64,000 nucleotides of DNA from an uncultured delta proteobacterium (lineage in GTDB: Bacteria; Myxococcota_A; Polyangia; Polyangiales; Houyiibacteriaceae), in assembly GCA_963699755.1 (NCBI GenBank), contig CAVOVB010000001.1, positions 1,824,001 to 1,888,000 on the forward strand. Reading direction: 5' to 3'. The notes under the pieces are model-generated. The model saw nothing but the letters and a program-made list of their open reading frames with translations, ran no database searches and was not told the origin of the DNA. Position 1 is the stretch's first letter. Every line of letters starts with the position of its first letter. A program made the position numbers and the translations under genes. Positions 18,228 to 28,535 of this stretch are shown in pieces.

Positions 18228-19260
18228 TCAGCCTCGCTCGGCGCGGCGGATCCCCAGATTGACGATCTTCTGTAGGAGATTCGGGTAGGTCATCCCGGCG
18301 GCCTTGGCCGCGCCCGCAAACTCTTCGAACTCGCCGATGTCGGGGTTCGGGTTGGCTTCCAAGAAGTACAACCCGACCCGACTCGTCGAGCCGAAAGTCG
18401 ATTCGCACGCATCCGTCGGTGCCGAGTCGCCGGCAAATCCGCCGCGAGAGCCGCGCGATCCGGCGTTCCGTTTCTTCGGAAAGCCCCTTCGCTCGGCCGA
18501 TGCGCACGCCGTACTTTTGCTGGTACTCCAGATTCCATTTGACCTTGCGAGTGGCGATCTTGGGCGCGTCATCGGGAAGCTTGTCTAGGAAGATCTCCCA
18601 GGTCGGAAGCACCTGCAATCGATGATTTCCGAGGACCGAGACGTAGAGCTCCCGGCCCTCGATGTATTGCTCCACGACGGCGTCCGTGCGAATTTTCTCG
18701 TGAATGAAGGCCACTCTTTCTTCGAGGGCCTTGTTGCTGTGCACGACGGAGGCCTGTGCGATTCCGTAGCTTCCTTCTTCGATTAGCGATTTGACGATGA
18801 GCGGGAACTCCAGCCGCTGGGGAGGCTTGATCTTCCGGTAGCGGGGAAAGACACGGAACCGCGGCACCTGAATCCGGTGATAAGCCAGGACCTTCTTCGA
18901 AAGTGCCTTATCACGGGCCAAGAGGAGCCCTCGCGGGTTGCAACCGGTATAGGGCGCACGCTGAAGCTCCAGGTATCCGACCACGTGCGCATCGAAAATC
19001 GCCTCTCCGTCGAACTCCTCGAGAAGGTTGAACACGACGTGTGGCCTGAATTCTTCAATTGCAGTGCGAAGTGGCGCGAGCTCGTCGCTCAGGCCGATCA
19101 TGATGACCTCGTGTCCAAGCGCCCGCAGACCCTTGCGCACCTCGAGCTCCGTCTTGAAAGGCGCGACTTGTTCGTCGGAGAGGTCGCTGATGTCTTCGGG
19201 CGGGATGAGACTCTGGTGCACGAGAACGATGATTCGCCTTCGTTTTACAGTGGATGCCAT
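18228..19260 (-). CDS. D-Ala-D-Ala-ligase-like ATP-grasp enzyme (frameshift ~18375)
   Basis: VVFNLLE, PYTG, DKALSK, PLIVK..EEGSYGI, EQYIEGRE, RIDFR then YFLEANPNP in another frame. Confidence 0.85.
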
Positions 19261-20261
19261 GTGTCCCGCCGGTGCAGAAGGTGCACCGTGTGCACCGTCA
19301 ACATGATGGCAAAGTCGAGCTTCGTCTGACGCTCCCCCTTGGTGAGTCGGAGCCTCAGCTCGCGACACCGGCCGATGATATCACGAAGCACCTGGTCGAC
19401 GGTGAACTGATATTCGCCCGTGAAAATCGAAATCTGTTCTCGAATTTGGCGGCGATTGCGACGCAGGAATCCAGCTGCCGTCTCGTTGTTCCGATAGCGC
19501 GGGGAGTCGCTGAAGATCTTGAGAAGGTCCCTGTCATACTCGTCGCTAAAACCAGGGCTGTAGTGGTCCTGCCGGCGTTCGTAGTGGCGGCGCAGCGTGT
19601 GGCGGAGTCGTGGCAGCGAGTACGGGCGCGCGCGTGAGCTTACCTGCGGCTTCTCATCCGCGAGGTCGGCGATGAGTGCGTCGATGTACTCGAGCTTCTC
19701 GAGCGCGGATGAGCGTGCATATTGCTTTCGCCAATTCGAGCGCGGGGCTAGCCAGACGGCAAACGTTTCGGCGAAGTCTTCCACGGGATGGGCCTGCGCG
19801 TACCAGCCGTCGAGGTGTTCCACGAATCCTTTGCTCGAGGGGTTGGGTCGGTAGAAGTCCGGGTAGGGCTCGGAAGCGCGGCCGAATGCCTGCTGCCAGA
19901 GCTTTCGCCGCTGGAGGTTGTATGCGTGCTGGAGCGCATGCCCGGCTTCGTGGCGAAGCAGACGCATGCACTCGACGCGAGTGCCCCCCTCCACCTCGAA
20001 CATCATCTGCCGTTCCAACCGCATCAGCCGGGGGTGCGCGAGATAGAATGGCACTCCGACGCCGGGAATGCCGTCGGGAGAGCACCACTCATCGCTCAGC
20101 CAGAAGTGGATACGAAACCGCCGCAGCCCCGCGATGTCGAGCTCTTCGCGAAGGCGCCCCACGCAGTCTTCGAGCCACGTATCGGCAACGGTGAGACCGA
20201 GATCGCTCAGGCGAACGTCGAGGAGCTCCTCGGTTGGCAGACTTTCCCAGTCGACGGGCAC
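19245..20261 (-). CDS. Putative zinc-binding metallopeptidase (Peptidase_Mx-like)
   Basis: LRHEAGH zincin motif; YAQAHPVEDFAETFAVWL; overlaps ATP-grasp start. Confidence 0.8.
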   Translation of the reverse strand: MPVDWESLPTEELLDVRLSDLGLTVADTWLEDCVGRLREELDIAGLRRFRIHFWLSDEWCSPDGIPGVGVPFYLAHPRLMRLERQMMFEVEGGTRVECMRLLRHEAGHALQHAYNLQRRKLWQQAFGRASEPYPDFYRPNPSSKGFVEHLDGWYAQAHPVEDFAETFAVWLAPRSNWRKQYARSSALEKLEYIDALIADLADEKPQVSSRARPYSLPRLRHTLRRHYERRQDHYSPGFSDEYDRDLLKIFSDSPRYRNNETAAGFLRRNRRQIREQISIFTGEYQFTVDQVLRDIIGRCRELRLRLTKGERQTKLDFAIMLTVHTVHLLHRRDTWHPL

Positions 20262-20313
20262 AGCGGGCGCAGCTTGAAGGATCTATCTGCGCGCGACAAC
20301 AGCCTGGCGACGC

Positions 20314-21060
20314 TCAGTCACGCTCGTGGCAAAAGGTCCCGTTCCAACCGTCCAGGCAGTTGCACTCATAGGAACCGTACTCGTTTGTGCAGCTCTCGGT
20401 GCCGAATGGGTTGCAGAAACCGAAGGCGAACGCGCATTCGTCGAGATCGTCGCATTGCAGCTCTGACGTTTCCCAACTGCCATCGGCTTGGCAGGCAATG
20501 CTTTCATAGCCTGGCCCAAAGCCCCACTCACAGCTGATCGTCACGACGTCGCCAAACTCAGTGCCTGTGATTTCCCCAGTCTCAGAGTTGGGCGGCCCTT
20601 CGGGTGGGCTTCCGCAGCCCACCGGGACGTTGCAGTTCGTGCCTTCAAAACCCGGCTCGCAGACGCAAACCACTTGGCCGGAGCTGTCATCGCAGCTTCC
20701 GTTGATGCAGGCGTTTGGAGTCTCGCAGCTCAGGAGCCGCACCGTGCACAGGCCGCCCGGGTCGATGCCCCATCCTTCGTGGCAGTCGCATGACGACGAG
20801 CGAACCCGATCGACGCAATCGCCGTTCATGCAGTCGACTCCCCGGCAGTCGTCGATCCATTCCGAGCAACTGGGGCCCGAATAGTCCACCGGCTCGCAGA
20901 AGCAGTCGGTCACGACGCAAACACCGCCGTGTTCGCAAACCGGTGTACAGCTCGCGCGCGGGCCTGGACGTTCCAAGCCGGCGAGACCGCTGCGATCCAC
21001 GAAGCAGCCAGCGATCGCGGTCAACGCGACCAGCGCGCAAACCCCAAGCGCCTTGTTCAT
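20314..21060 (-). CDS. Lipoprotein with EGF-like, Sushi/CCP and calcium-binding EGF domains
   Basis: Lipobox IAGC; EGF Cys spacing (CVCEPGFEGTNC); Sushi (CGSPP..GDVVTISCEWGF..CQADGSW..C); DDLDEC..CTNEYGSYECNC. Confidence 0.8.
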   Translation of the reverse strand: MNKALGVCALVALTAIAGCFVDRSGLAGLERPGPRASCTPVCEHGGVCVVTDCFCEPVDYSGPSCSEWIDDCRGVDCMNGDCVDRVRSSSCDCHEGWGIDPGGLCTVRLLSCETPNACINGSCDDSSGQVVCVCEPGFEGTNCNVPVGCGSPPEGPPNSETGEITGTEFGDVVTISCEWGFGPGYESIACQADGSWETSELQCDDLDECAFAFGFCNPFGTESCTNEYGSYECNCLDGWNGTFCHERD

Positions 21061-21135
21061 GCTTCTGCCCACGCTTCAATGAAACAAAACCACACGGGTC
21101 CTACCAGGGTGACATGTGCGAAATTGTGGGTGTGG

Positions 21136-21795
21136 CTACCAGGGAAGCGGTTCGCCGTTCGCTTGCCAGAAGCCCCCAGTGTCCTCCAGGCGAAGCCCGT
21201 CGATTCGCGAGATCAAGCCCTTGGCCGATTCTGAGGCCGGGATGCCGTGGTGGCCGGTCATGTCCGTCGCGACGAGGCCCGGATGAAGAATCGCGACCGA
21301 CACGCCCTTGCTGCGAAAGTCGTGCGCGAGGTTCACGCCGGCCATGTTCAAGGCCGCCTTCGCCATGCGGTAGCCATAGTAGCTACCAGAGCCGTTGTCC
21401 CCGATCGAGCCCATCCTGCTGGTGATGAGGATGATCTTCGAGCCCTTCTCGAGATGAGGGGACAGGGTCGACGTGACCCGAAGGGCGCCCAGGGCGTTGA
21501 CTTCGAACTGCTCCCGGATTCGGTCGAAGTCGAGGCCGTCGAACGATTCGTTTCCAAAGATGCCGGCGTTGTTGATGAGGACGTCGATTCGAGTGTCGCC
21601 GAGCTCCTGCGACACCGCTTCGAGCGCCGCCTGGTCGGTCACATCGACCTTCTCGAAGAGTCGCACACCGAGCGCCTCGAGCTCCGGGCTCGCTTTTCGG
21701 CAAAGCGCGATGATGTCGTCGCCGCGCTCCCGGAGCTGGCGGCTGAGCTCTAGGCCGATGCCCTTGTTTGCGCCCGTGATCAGTACCGTTGCCAT
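21136..21795 (-). CDS. Short-chain dehydrogenase, CsgA/C-factor-like
   Basis: TGANKGIG, NNAG, YGYRMAK, HPGLVATDM. Confidence 0.88.
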   Translation of the reverse strand: MATVLITGANKGIGLELSRQLRERGDDIIALCRKASPELEALGVRLFEKVDVTDQAALEAVSQELGDTRIDVLINNAGIFGNESFDGLDFDRIREQFEVNALGALRVTSTLSPHLEKGSKIILITSRMGSIGDNGSGSYYGYRMAKAALNMAGVNLAHDFRSKGVSVAILHPGLVATDMTGHHGIPASESAKGLISRIDGLRLEDTGGFWQANGEPLPW

Positions 21796-21857
21796 GAAGC
21801 CCTCCTCGGTTTGAAGGCTATCATAGGGCCCCTATCGTCGTGTCGAGCCCAAGGCGC

Positions 21858-22292
21858 TCATCGAATCGGGACGCAGAGCCGGTCCCCGGCGATGAACTCG
21901 CATCCAAAGCCAGCGGGTACGTCGCAGTCGGCGTCGATCTCGCAGCGCTCCACGCAGACCCGTGCCCCGATCGGACCTCCAAGGACCGCATGATCCAGAC
22001 ACGCGCCTGGCAGACCGTTGAATTCGGAGAACGGACAATCGAGATCATCGAAGCAGTCGACCGTGCAGATCGCGTTCACGAAATCCGTGTAGCGATCGGC
22101 GGGCAAGGCGAGCTCTTCGCAGTACTCGCCTGCGTAGCAATCGACGTTCGAGTAGCAGACTTCGTACGTGATCGCTTTGGGACCCGGTTCGAAGACATCG
22201 TCGTAGTCCCCAATGAAAATGCAGCCGGAAAGCATCGAGGTGAACACTGCGATTCCCAACCAGCTAGAGCGTCGAATTGGATTAAGTTTCAT
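21858..22292 (-). CDS. Small Cys-rich lipoprotein
   Basis: Lipobox LSGC; repeated CxxDxDC motifs. Confidence 0.7.
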   Translation of the reverse strand: MKLNPIRRSSWLGIAVFTSMLSGCIFIGDYDDVFEPGPKAITYEVCYSNVDCYAGEYCEELALPADRYTDFVNAICTVDCFDDLDCPFSEFNGLPGACLDHAVLGGPIGARVCVERCEIDADCDVPAGFGCEFIAGDRLCVPIR

Positions 22293-22433
22293 CGTGAAAG
22301 CCCTCTCTCTAAGCAGATAGACGTCCCTCCGTGCCTGCGATTCAACCGAGCGCGTTCCCTGTTTTTTCGGCCCGAATTTCAGCCTGATCTCGGTCTCCGC
22401 AAGTACCCCGGACCGGCGGTATCGTTCCGACCC

Positions 22434-22817
22434 ATGGCCACCCGCGGACGCGCTCGTCTTCTATTCATTGATGGCTTCGTCAACCTCTTGTTGGGTGTCG
22501 CGCTCCTGTGCTTCGATCCCGTCGCGGGTTGGTTGGGTGTTCCAGCTTCCGATACGCCGTTCTATCCAATGATTCTTGGAGCAGTGTTGTTTGGAATCGG
22601 GATCGCACTGATCTGAGAAGGTGTCCGCGGCGATGGTCAGCTGGTTGGTCTCGGCCTTGGCGGGGCCATCGCGATCAACCTCAGTGGCGGCTTGGCGCTG
22701 ACAGGCTGGCTGCTCTTCGGCGATTTGAGCTTACCCTTTCGAGGGCAGCTCTTCCTTTGGACCCTGGCCTCGATTCTAGTGCTGATTAGCCTCGCAGAGC
22801 TCAGAATGCGTGCCTAG
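22434..22817 (+). pseudogene. Four-TM membrane protein interrupted by in-frame TGA at 22614
   Basis: Hydrophobic frame continues past stop: ..GIGIALI*EGVRG..GLGLGGAIAINLSGG..LISLAELRMRA*. Confidence 0.6.
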
Positions 22818-24457
22818 GCTTTTCCGCGTTTGGTTCCTTGCCTGCTAGCGCTTTTCCCAGCTCGGCGGCCCGAGTAGACGCAGTCGGCGATCGACAGGCC
22901 GCTGACGTATTGGCGGGAGCAGATGCCCACGGCGTTCCGGCCAGCCGCATACAAACCGGGGACGACGCCTCCGTTTTCGCTGAGGACTTGCCCCGTTCTT
23001 TCGTCGACCGCGAGCCCACCGAGTGTCATTACCGCGCAGAGGTGGCGCTTCGAGCCGAGTGAACAGTCGATCGCGTAGTACGGTCCGCTGCTCAGCGGGT
23101 GCACGCTGTCAGGCGCTTTGTCGAAACGGTCCGCGCGAATCCCTTGCGCCACCGCGTTGTTCTCATCGAGCGTCTTTTGAAGCGCCTCGCGCGGCACATC
23201 GAGCATCTTCGCCAAGGCATCGACGTCTTCGGCCTTCTTGCAGTTGAGGTAGAGGTTCATCAGCGCGGCGGCCCGCTGAAACCACTGGAGCTCGCCCGGC
23301 TTGGACTGCTCGTGGGCGAGCTTCTTGAGCTTTTCATCGATGATGAGCGTGGCAACGCCGTGATTCTCTTCCACCATGGCCTCGCCGATCTTTGCGCCGT
23401 ACCAGAATTCGTTGGCAAAGCGCTCGCCTTTGTCGTTGACCAACACACCCTGGGCAAATGCGTTTGGCGGGTAGAGAAAACGCCACGCCGAGGCTCGGTG
23501 CATCTGCTCGAGCCTCCCCCCGACGCTTTGGCCGAGACGAATCCCCAGGCCGTCGTCACCGGCCGTTCCGAGCGGCAGGCCGGGGACGAACTCAGGCAGG
23601 TGCTCGGCGACCATCTCACGATTGAAGACGAAGCCGCCGGCGCAGAGGATCAGGCCGCGACGGGATCGAATCCGCTTTGGCTCCGAATGCCGGCGCTCGA
23701 TTCCATCGCAGCGATTTCGAAGCCACCCCGCCAGGGCGGGCGCGATCTTCCCGATGGTGGTCTCGAAGTCGTGCAGTCGCTTGTGAAGGCCGCGCCAGAA
23801 GCCCGAAGCGATGCGTTGGTACTCCGCGCCGCTCACGCGGCCGTTTCTGTCAACGATCAAGCGGCTGACACGCGCCTGGAGCTCGATCCGCACGCCTTCC
23901 GCAACCGCCGTTTGGCGCAGCGGCTCGATGATGTTCGCGCCGGGAAAGGCTCCGCCGTCGGCACGGTGGCCCCGCGGCGCCGGCTTTGCGTGCTGGCTGT
24001 AAGGAGGGAAGGTCTCGTTCCCGGAATAGTAGAGATGGTACTCGTCGGTCGGATAGGAGGTCTTGATCGGGCAGAGATTCGGCAAGAACGGAACGCCACG
24101 GTCGGTCAGCCACTTCACGTTGGCCGCGCTGGTATCACAGAAGTCCCGCAGCGTTTCGTCCGACACCGCGTCCTGCACCTCCATCGATAGATATCGGTAC
24201 ATGTTCTCCACGCTGTCCTGGACGCCGGCCTCTTTCTGAATGTGGGTGCCGCCCCCTCCGTAGAAGACTCCTCCGCTAATCGAGGTGGCGCCGCCTCCTT
24301 CGAAACGATCCAAAATAACGACCTCGGCGCCGTGCTCACGCCCTTCGATGGCAGCCGTGATGCCTGCGGCGCCCAAGCCCACGACGACCAGATCTGCAAC
24401 GTCATCCCAGTGCGCGCCGTCCAGGTCTTCGACTACGATCGGGCTCAGGCGGCTCAT
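22814..24457 (-). CDS. FAD-dependent 3-ketosteroid delta4(5-alpha)-dehydrogenase-like protein (TesI family)
   Basis: VVGLGAAG, GGGATSISGGVFYGGGGT, KTSYP..LYYSGNE, PAPRGHR, TLGGL, YVSGLSIADCVYSGRRAG. Confidence 0.75.
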   Translation of the reverse strand: MSRLSPIVVEDLDGAHWDDVADLVVVGLGAAGITAAIEGREHGAEVVILDRFEGGGATSISGGVFYGGGGTHIQKEAGVQDSVENMYRYLSMEVQDAVSDETLRDFCDTSAANVKWLTDRGVPFLPNLCPIKTSYPTDEYHLYYSGNETFPPYSQHAKPAPRGHRADGGAFPGANIIEPLRQTAVAEGVRIELQARVSRLIVDRNGRVSGAEYQRIASGFWRGLHKRLHDFETTIGKIAPALAGWLRNRCDGIERRHSEPKRIRSRRGLILCAGGFVFNREMVAEHLPEFVPGLPLGTAGDDGLGIRLGQSVGGRLEQMHRASAWRFLYPPNAFAQGVLVNDKGERFANEFWYGAKIGEAMVEENHGVATLIIDEKLKKLAHEQSKPGELQWFQRAAALMNLYLNCKKAEDVDALAKMLDVPREALQKTLDENNAVAQGIRADRFDKAPDSVHPLSSGPYYAIDCSLGSKRHLCAVMTLGGLAVDERTGQVLSENGGVVPGLYAAGRNAVGICSRQYVSGLSIADCVYSGRRAGKSASRQGTKRGKA

Positions 24458-24503
24458 CTGGATTGCGCAAGCTAGCATGCCGGTTCAAGTTCGGCAGCGG
24501 CAC

Positions 24504-25568
24504 ATGGAGCTCCCCGTCGATCCGAATCAAGTTGGTCCCGTCTGCCTGGTGACCGGTGGCAACGGCTACGTTGGCAAGCATCTGGTTCGCCGGCTCTTGG
24601 AGCTCGGCTGCGAGGTGCGCGCGCTCGATCTTGCGCCGTTTGAGGGCGATGGGCCGGTCCGGAGCATCGTTGGTGACATCCGGCGAATGAGCGATCTCCG
24701 TGCGGCCTGTGAGGACGTCGATACCGTCTTTCACACTGCCGCGATCATCAACACCCTCACGCTCGCGCGCGCGAGCGTCCGCCGCCACGTCTATGGCGTC
24801 AATGTTCTTGGCACCGAATGCGTGATCCAGGCCTGCCAGGCCGCGGGGGTGAAGAAGCTCATCTTCACCAGCTCGATTACCGTCGCGGTCGACCGTCCGA
24901 TTCGCGAGGGAGACGAAACGGTGCCCTACGTTGGAACCGACGGCCTGCCCGACCTCTATTCGCAAACCAAGAGCCGGGCCGAAAAGATGGTCCTCGAAGC
25001 CGACGACCCTAACGGCCTGCGAACCGCGGCGGTTCGACCGGGTGGTGTTTGGGGGCCCGGCGAGGGGGCCATGATGGTGCAGGACTTCCTCGAGCACCTC
25101 GCTGCTGGGCAGTTCAAGCTCAAGATAGGCGACGGCAAGTCCGTAACAGACAACGTCCACGTCGATTCGGTGGTGGACGTTCACTTCCTCGTGGCAAAAA
25201 AGCTCGGCGAGGAACCGAAGTTGGTTGGAGGCCAAGCGTACTTCGTGAGCGACGACGAGCCGACCAATCCCGTCGGCTGGTACCGGCCAATCGTCGAAGG
25301 CCTCGGGTACTCCTGGCCGAAGCTCCACATTCCCCGCTCGCTGGCCTACGGCATCGCGTATCTCGGGGAGGTCGCCCACTACTTTGGCGGCCCGTTTCCC
25401 ATGCTCACCAGGCGTTCGGTCTTGTCGATCTGCAACGACGCCTCGTTCCGCGTCGACAAGGCCCGCACCGAGCTCGGCTACGAGCCGCGAACCAGCGCCG
25501 CGGAAGGCATTCCCGAGCTGATGCACGAGTTCCGAGCGACACACGACCGCTTGAAGGCGACGCCATGA
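24504..25568 (+). CDS. 3-beta-hydroxysteroid dehydrogenase/isomerase family (extended SDR)
   Basis: TGGNGYVG, FHTAA, DLYSQTK (YxxxK), RPGGVWGPGE, DNVHV, GQAYFVSD. Confidence 0.8.
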   Translation: MELPVDPNQVGPVCLVTGGNGYVGKHLVRRLLELGCEVRALDLAPFEGDGPVRSIVGDIRRMSDLRAACEDVDTVFHTAAIINTLTLARASVRRHVYGVNVLGTECVIQACQAAGVKKLIFTSSITVAVDRPIREGDETVPYVGTDGLPDLYSQTKSRAEKMVLEADDPNGLRTAAVRPGGVWGPGEGAMMVQDFLEHLAAGQFKLKIGDGKSVTDNVHVDSVVDVHFLVAKKLGEEPKLVGGQAYFVSDDEPTNPVGWYRPIVEGLGYSWPKLHIPRSLAYGIAYLGEVAHYFGGPFPMLTRRSVLSICNDASFRVDKARTELGYEPRTSAAEGIPELMHEFRATHDRLKATP

Positions 25569-26293
25569 TCAAGCTCATCTACTTGCTCTGGCCTCGCCAG
25601 CCGATGGAACCCGCAGCGCGCCGGCTTGCCTTGGTCGAGCGCTGCGCGCCAAGGCTTCTCGATTCCGGCGCGCGGTATCTTCTGATGAACATCGATGACG
25701 ACTTCGCCACCGTGCCGTCACCAACCCCGACGACCCAGCTCACGGATCCCTTCGCAGCCGAGGTCAGTATCTGGGTCGACGATCTGAACGTGCGTGGCAC
25801 GCTCGAAGCGATCTTGCTCGACGCGGACTTCGACATCGCCGGCTACCGCGTCCGCGAGCACCTCTACACCGACTATGGAGGAAACGAGCATGGCACTCCG
25901 CGTGACTGGCCCGATGGGAAGCGCTCGCCGTACGTCATTTCGGTGACTCCGCTGGAGAGACCGAAGCGCATCCCCAAGGACCGCTGGATGCGGCACTGGT
26001 TCAATCGTCAGGGGCCGATGTCCGAAAAGATGCAGCCGCGCGCGCGCTATGTCCGCAACGTCGTCGAGGAGGTCCTGACACCCGGTGCCGTACCGTACGA
26101 AGGGATCGTCGAGGAATCCTGGCCGTCCCCGGAACACATGACGAATCCGTACGTGTTTTATGGGGCTCGCAATCGATTCGAGCTCCTGCGAAACATGGGG
26201 ATCATGATGCAAAGCGTCGCGGCCTTCCTCCCGATTTGGAAGATCACCAGTGTCACCACGAGCGAGTACTACATCCGCAGCCGGGGGGCCTAA
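25565..26293 (+). CDS. EthD-like domain protein
   Basis: LERPKRI..WMRHW, YVRNVV, YEGIVEE; start overlaps 3-beta-HSD stop. Confidence 0.6.
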   Translation: MIKLIYLLWPRQPMEPAARRLALVERCAPRLLDSGARYLLMNIDDDFATVPSPTPTTQLTDPFAAEVSIWVDDLNVRGTLEAILLDADFDIAGYRVREHLYTDYGGNEHGTPRDWPDGKRSPYVISVTPLERPKRIPKDRWMRHWFNRQGPMSEKMQPRARYVRNVVEEVLTPGAVPYEGIVEESWPSPEHMTNPYVFYGARNRFELLRNMGIMMQSVAAFLPIWKITSVTTSEYYIRSRGA

Positions 26294-26349
26294 AGGGTCG
26301 CTTTCTGCTGGACCCGTGGCACCATCGTATGGGTACACTGTCCGCTCCA

Positions 26350-26919
26350 ATGCCAACCGATCGACGTGATTTTCTCAAGCTGTCGGTAGCCGGTGCCGCT
26401 GCGCTTTCGACGATGAGTGCCGGTGCGACCTTATCGGGTTGTACGTCCAGCGCGCCTGCGTCGGGGATGAAGGTCCTTCGTGCCGAAGACGTGGAGCTCT
26501 TGCGCGCCCTGACGCCTGCCGTGATGAAAGGTAAGATCGCACCGGGGGACACGACCGCCATCGACCAAACCCTGAAATCGTTCGATACCTTGCTGGTCGA
26601 TCTCTCCGAGTCCGTCGTTGCAGGCGTGCATCAGGCCTTCGACGTGCTGAGCTTTGGGCTGAGCCGCGGGCTGATGACAGGTCAGTGGTCTTCCTGGTCG
26701 AAAGCTTCGCCAGAAGACGCCGAAAGCGCCCTGGCGCGTTTGCGCGACAGCGGCATCGGCTTGTTGAACGCGATCTACGCGGCGGTCATCAGGCTCACCA
26801 TCAGCTCTTGGTATCTCATTCCTGAGAACGCAGCGACGACCGGATACCCCGGCCCGCCCAGGAAGGTCGCCAGTCCAGTGCCCATGGTCGCTCCCAGGGA
26901 GGAGGAGGCCGCACCGTGA
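26350..26919 (+). CDS. Tat-signal (lipo)protein partner of GMC oxidoreductase (LaoB-like)
   Basis: DRRDFLK, LSGC, C-terminal WY..GYPGPP; stop overlaps GMC start. Confidence 0.72.
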   Translation: MPTDRRDFLKLSVAGAAALSTMSAGATLSGCTSSAPASGMKVLRAEDVELLRALTPAVMKGKIAPGDTTAIDQTLKSFDTLLVDLSESVVAGVHQAFDVLSFGLSRGLMTGQWSSWSKASPEDAESALARLRDSGIGLLNAIYAAVIRLTISSWYLIPENAATTGYPGPPRKVASPVPMVAPREEEAAP

Positions 26920-28535
26920 CCGATCTTTCCAAAGTGATTCTGGGCAGCAGCACCGACCCGTACAACAAGGCGGCCGAACACGGCTGGGACATCCGTGACG
27001 CCAGCAAGCTCACGTCTGCGCTCGAGCTCGAAGCAGACGTGGTCATCGTCGGCACCGGTGCCGGCGGAGGCACAGCAGCCGAGACCTTGAGCAAGGCCGG
27101 CTTGCGCGTGGTTCTCCTCGAAGCAGGGCCCCTCAAGACCTCGAGCCAGTTCGACATGCAGGAGCGCGCGGCTTACCGCGACCTCTATCAGGAAGGGACC
27201 GGTCGCGGCACCAAAGACGGGGGCATGGTCATCTTGCAGGGCCGCTCGGTTGGAGGCTCCACGACGGTCAACTGGACGACGAGCTTCCGCACCCCGCCCG
27301 AGACGCTGAAGTTCTGGGCGGAGCAGATGGGCGTGAGCGGCTGCTCGGTCCAAGAGATGGCGCCGTACTTCCAGCACATGGAGCAGCGTCTCAACATTCA
27401 CAAATGGCCTCAAGCGCCCAACAACAACAACGGCATGTTGCAGCGAGCATCAGAGAAGCTTGGCTACTCATGGGACACGATTCACCGGAACGTACGGGGC
27501 TGCTTGAACCTTGGTTACTGCGGGCTTGGTTGCCCGGTCGACGCCAAGCAATCCATGCTCGTCACGACGATTCCAGCGGCCTTGGATAACAAGGCCACGC
27601 TCGTGCATCGCGCGCGCGTCGTGAACGTGCTGCGCAACGGCGACGTCGTGACGGGTGTCGAAGCAGAGGCTCTCACCGCCGACGTCCGGGGGACGACCGG
27701 GCAAAAGATCATCGTTCGAGCCACGCGTACCATTCTGGCAGGCGGCGCGATCAACTCGCCGGCGGTCTTGCTGCGCTCGAAGGTCCCCGATCCGCACGAC
27801 CTCATCGGCAAGCGCACGTTCTTGCACCCGACGACGCTCACCATGGCGATCTACGAGGAATCGATCGACCCGTTCTACGGCGCCCCTCAGTCGATCTACT
27901 CCGACCACTTCCAGTGGCAGAATGTCCACACGGGCCCGGTCGGGTTCAAGCTCGAGGTGCCCCCGCTGCAACCCGCATTTGCCGCAGGGTTCTACGCGGC
28001 CGCAGGTGAGGAGATCACCAGCAGCATGGACCAGCTCAGGAACACGCAGTGCATGATCGCTCTGATGCGCGACGGGTTTCACGAAGAAAGCCAGGGTGGT
28101 GCGGTCGAGCTCAACGACAAAGGGCAGCCCGTCGTCGACTATCCGATCAACGACTACCTGATGGAAGGCGTGCGGCGGGCCTTCAACGTGATGCTCGAGA
28201 TGCAGTTTGCCACGGGCGCCAAGTCTGCACGGCCTGCGCACAAGCAGGCGAAGCACTACACGTCCTGGAAAGAGGCCAAGGCGGCCGTTGCCGCGCTTGA
28301 TGTGGTCGTACACAAGGCCACCGTCGGTAGCGCCCACGTCATGGGTGGCTGTCCGATGGGCGACGACCCGAAGCGAAGCGTCGCTGGCAGCGATGGCAAG
28401 TTCCACCATCTGGACAACCTCTACATCATGGACGGCTCCCTCTTCCCCACCAGCATCGGCGCCAATCCACAACTCTCGATCTACGGCCTCGTCTACAAAC
28501 TCTCGAGCAACCTGGCCACGCAGTTCCAAGCCTGA
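26916..28535 (+). CDS. GMC oxidoreductase, long-chain alcohol oxidase/LaoA-like
   Basis: VGTGAGGG, GGSTTVNWTTSFRTP, CLNLGYCGLGCP, SAHVMGGC, DGSLFPTSIGANPQ. Confidence 0.88.
   Translation: MTDLSKVILGSSTDPYNKAAEHGWDIRDASKLTSALELEADVVIVGTGAGGGTAAETLSKAGLRVVLLEAGPLKTSSQFDMQERAAYRDLYQEGTGRGTKDGGMVILQGRSVGGSTTVNWTTSFRTPPETLKFWAEQMGVSGCSVQEMAPYFQHMEQRLNIHKWPQAPNNNNGMLQRASEKLGYSWDTIHRNVRGCLNLGYCGLGCPVDAKQSMLVTTIPAALDNKATLVHRARVVNVLRNGDVVTGVEAEALTADVRGTTGQKIIVRATRTILAGGAINSPAVLLRSKVPDPHDLIGKRTFLHPTTLTMAIYEESIDPFYGAPQSIYSDHFQWQNVHTGPVGFKLEVPPLQPAFAAGFYAAAGEEITSSMDQLRNTQCMIALMRDGFHEESQGGAVELNDKGQPVVDYPINDYLMEGVRRAFNVMLEMQFATGAKSARPAHKQAKHYTSWKEAKAAVAALDVVVHKATVGSAHVMGGCPMGDDPKRSVAGSDGKFHHLDNLYIMDGSLFPTSIGANPQLSIYGLVYKLSSNLATQFQA

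Noticed and set aside
21136..21795. Calling this SDR the developmental C-signal csgA
   Set aside because: The family is widespread; orthology cannot be shown without phylogeny
22614..22616. TGA as selenocysteine or recoding
   Set aside because: Lies at the end of a TM helix with no redox motif; TGA is a normal stop in many genes here; Trp codon mutation or error is simpler
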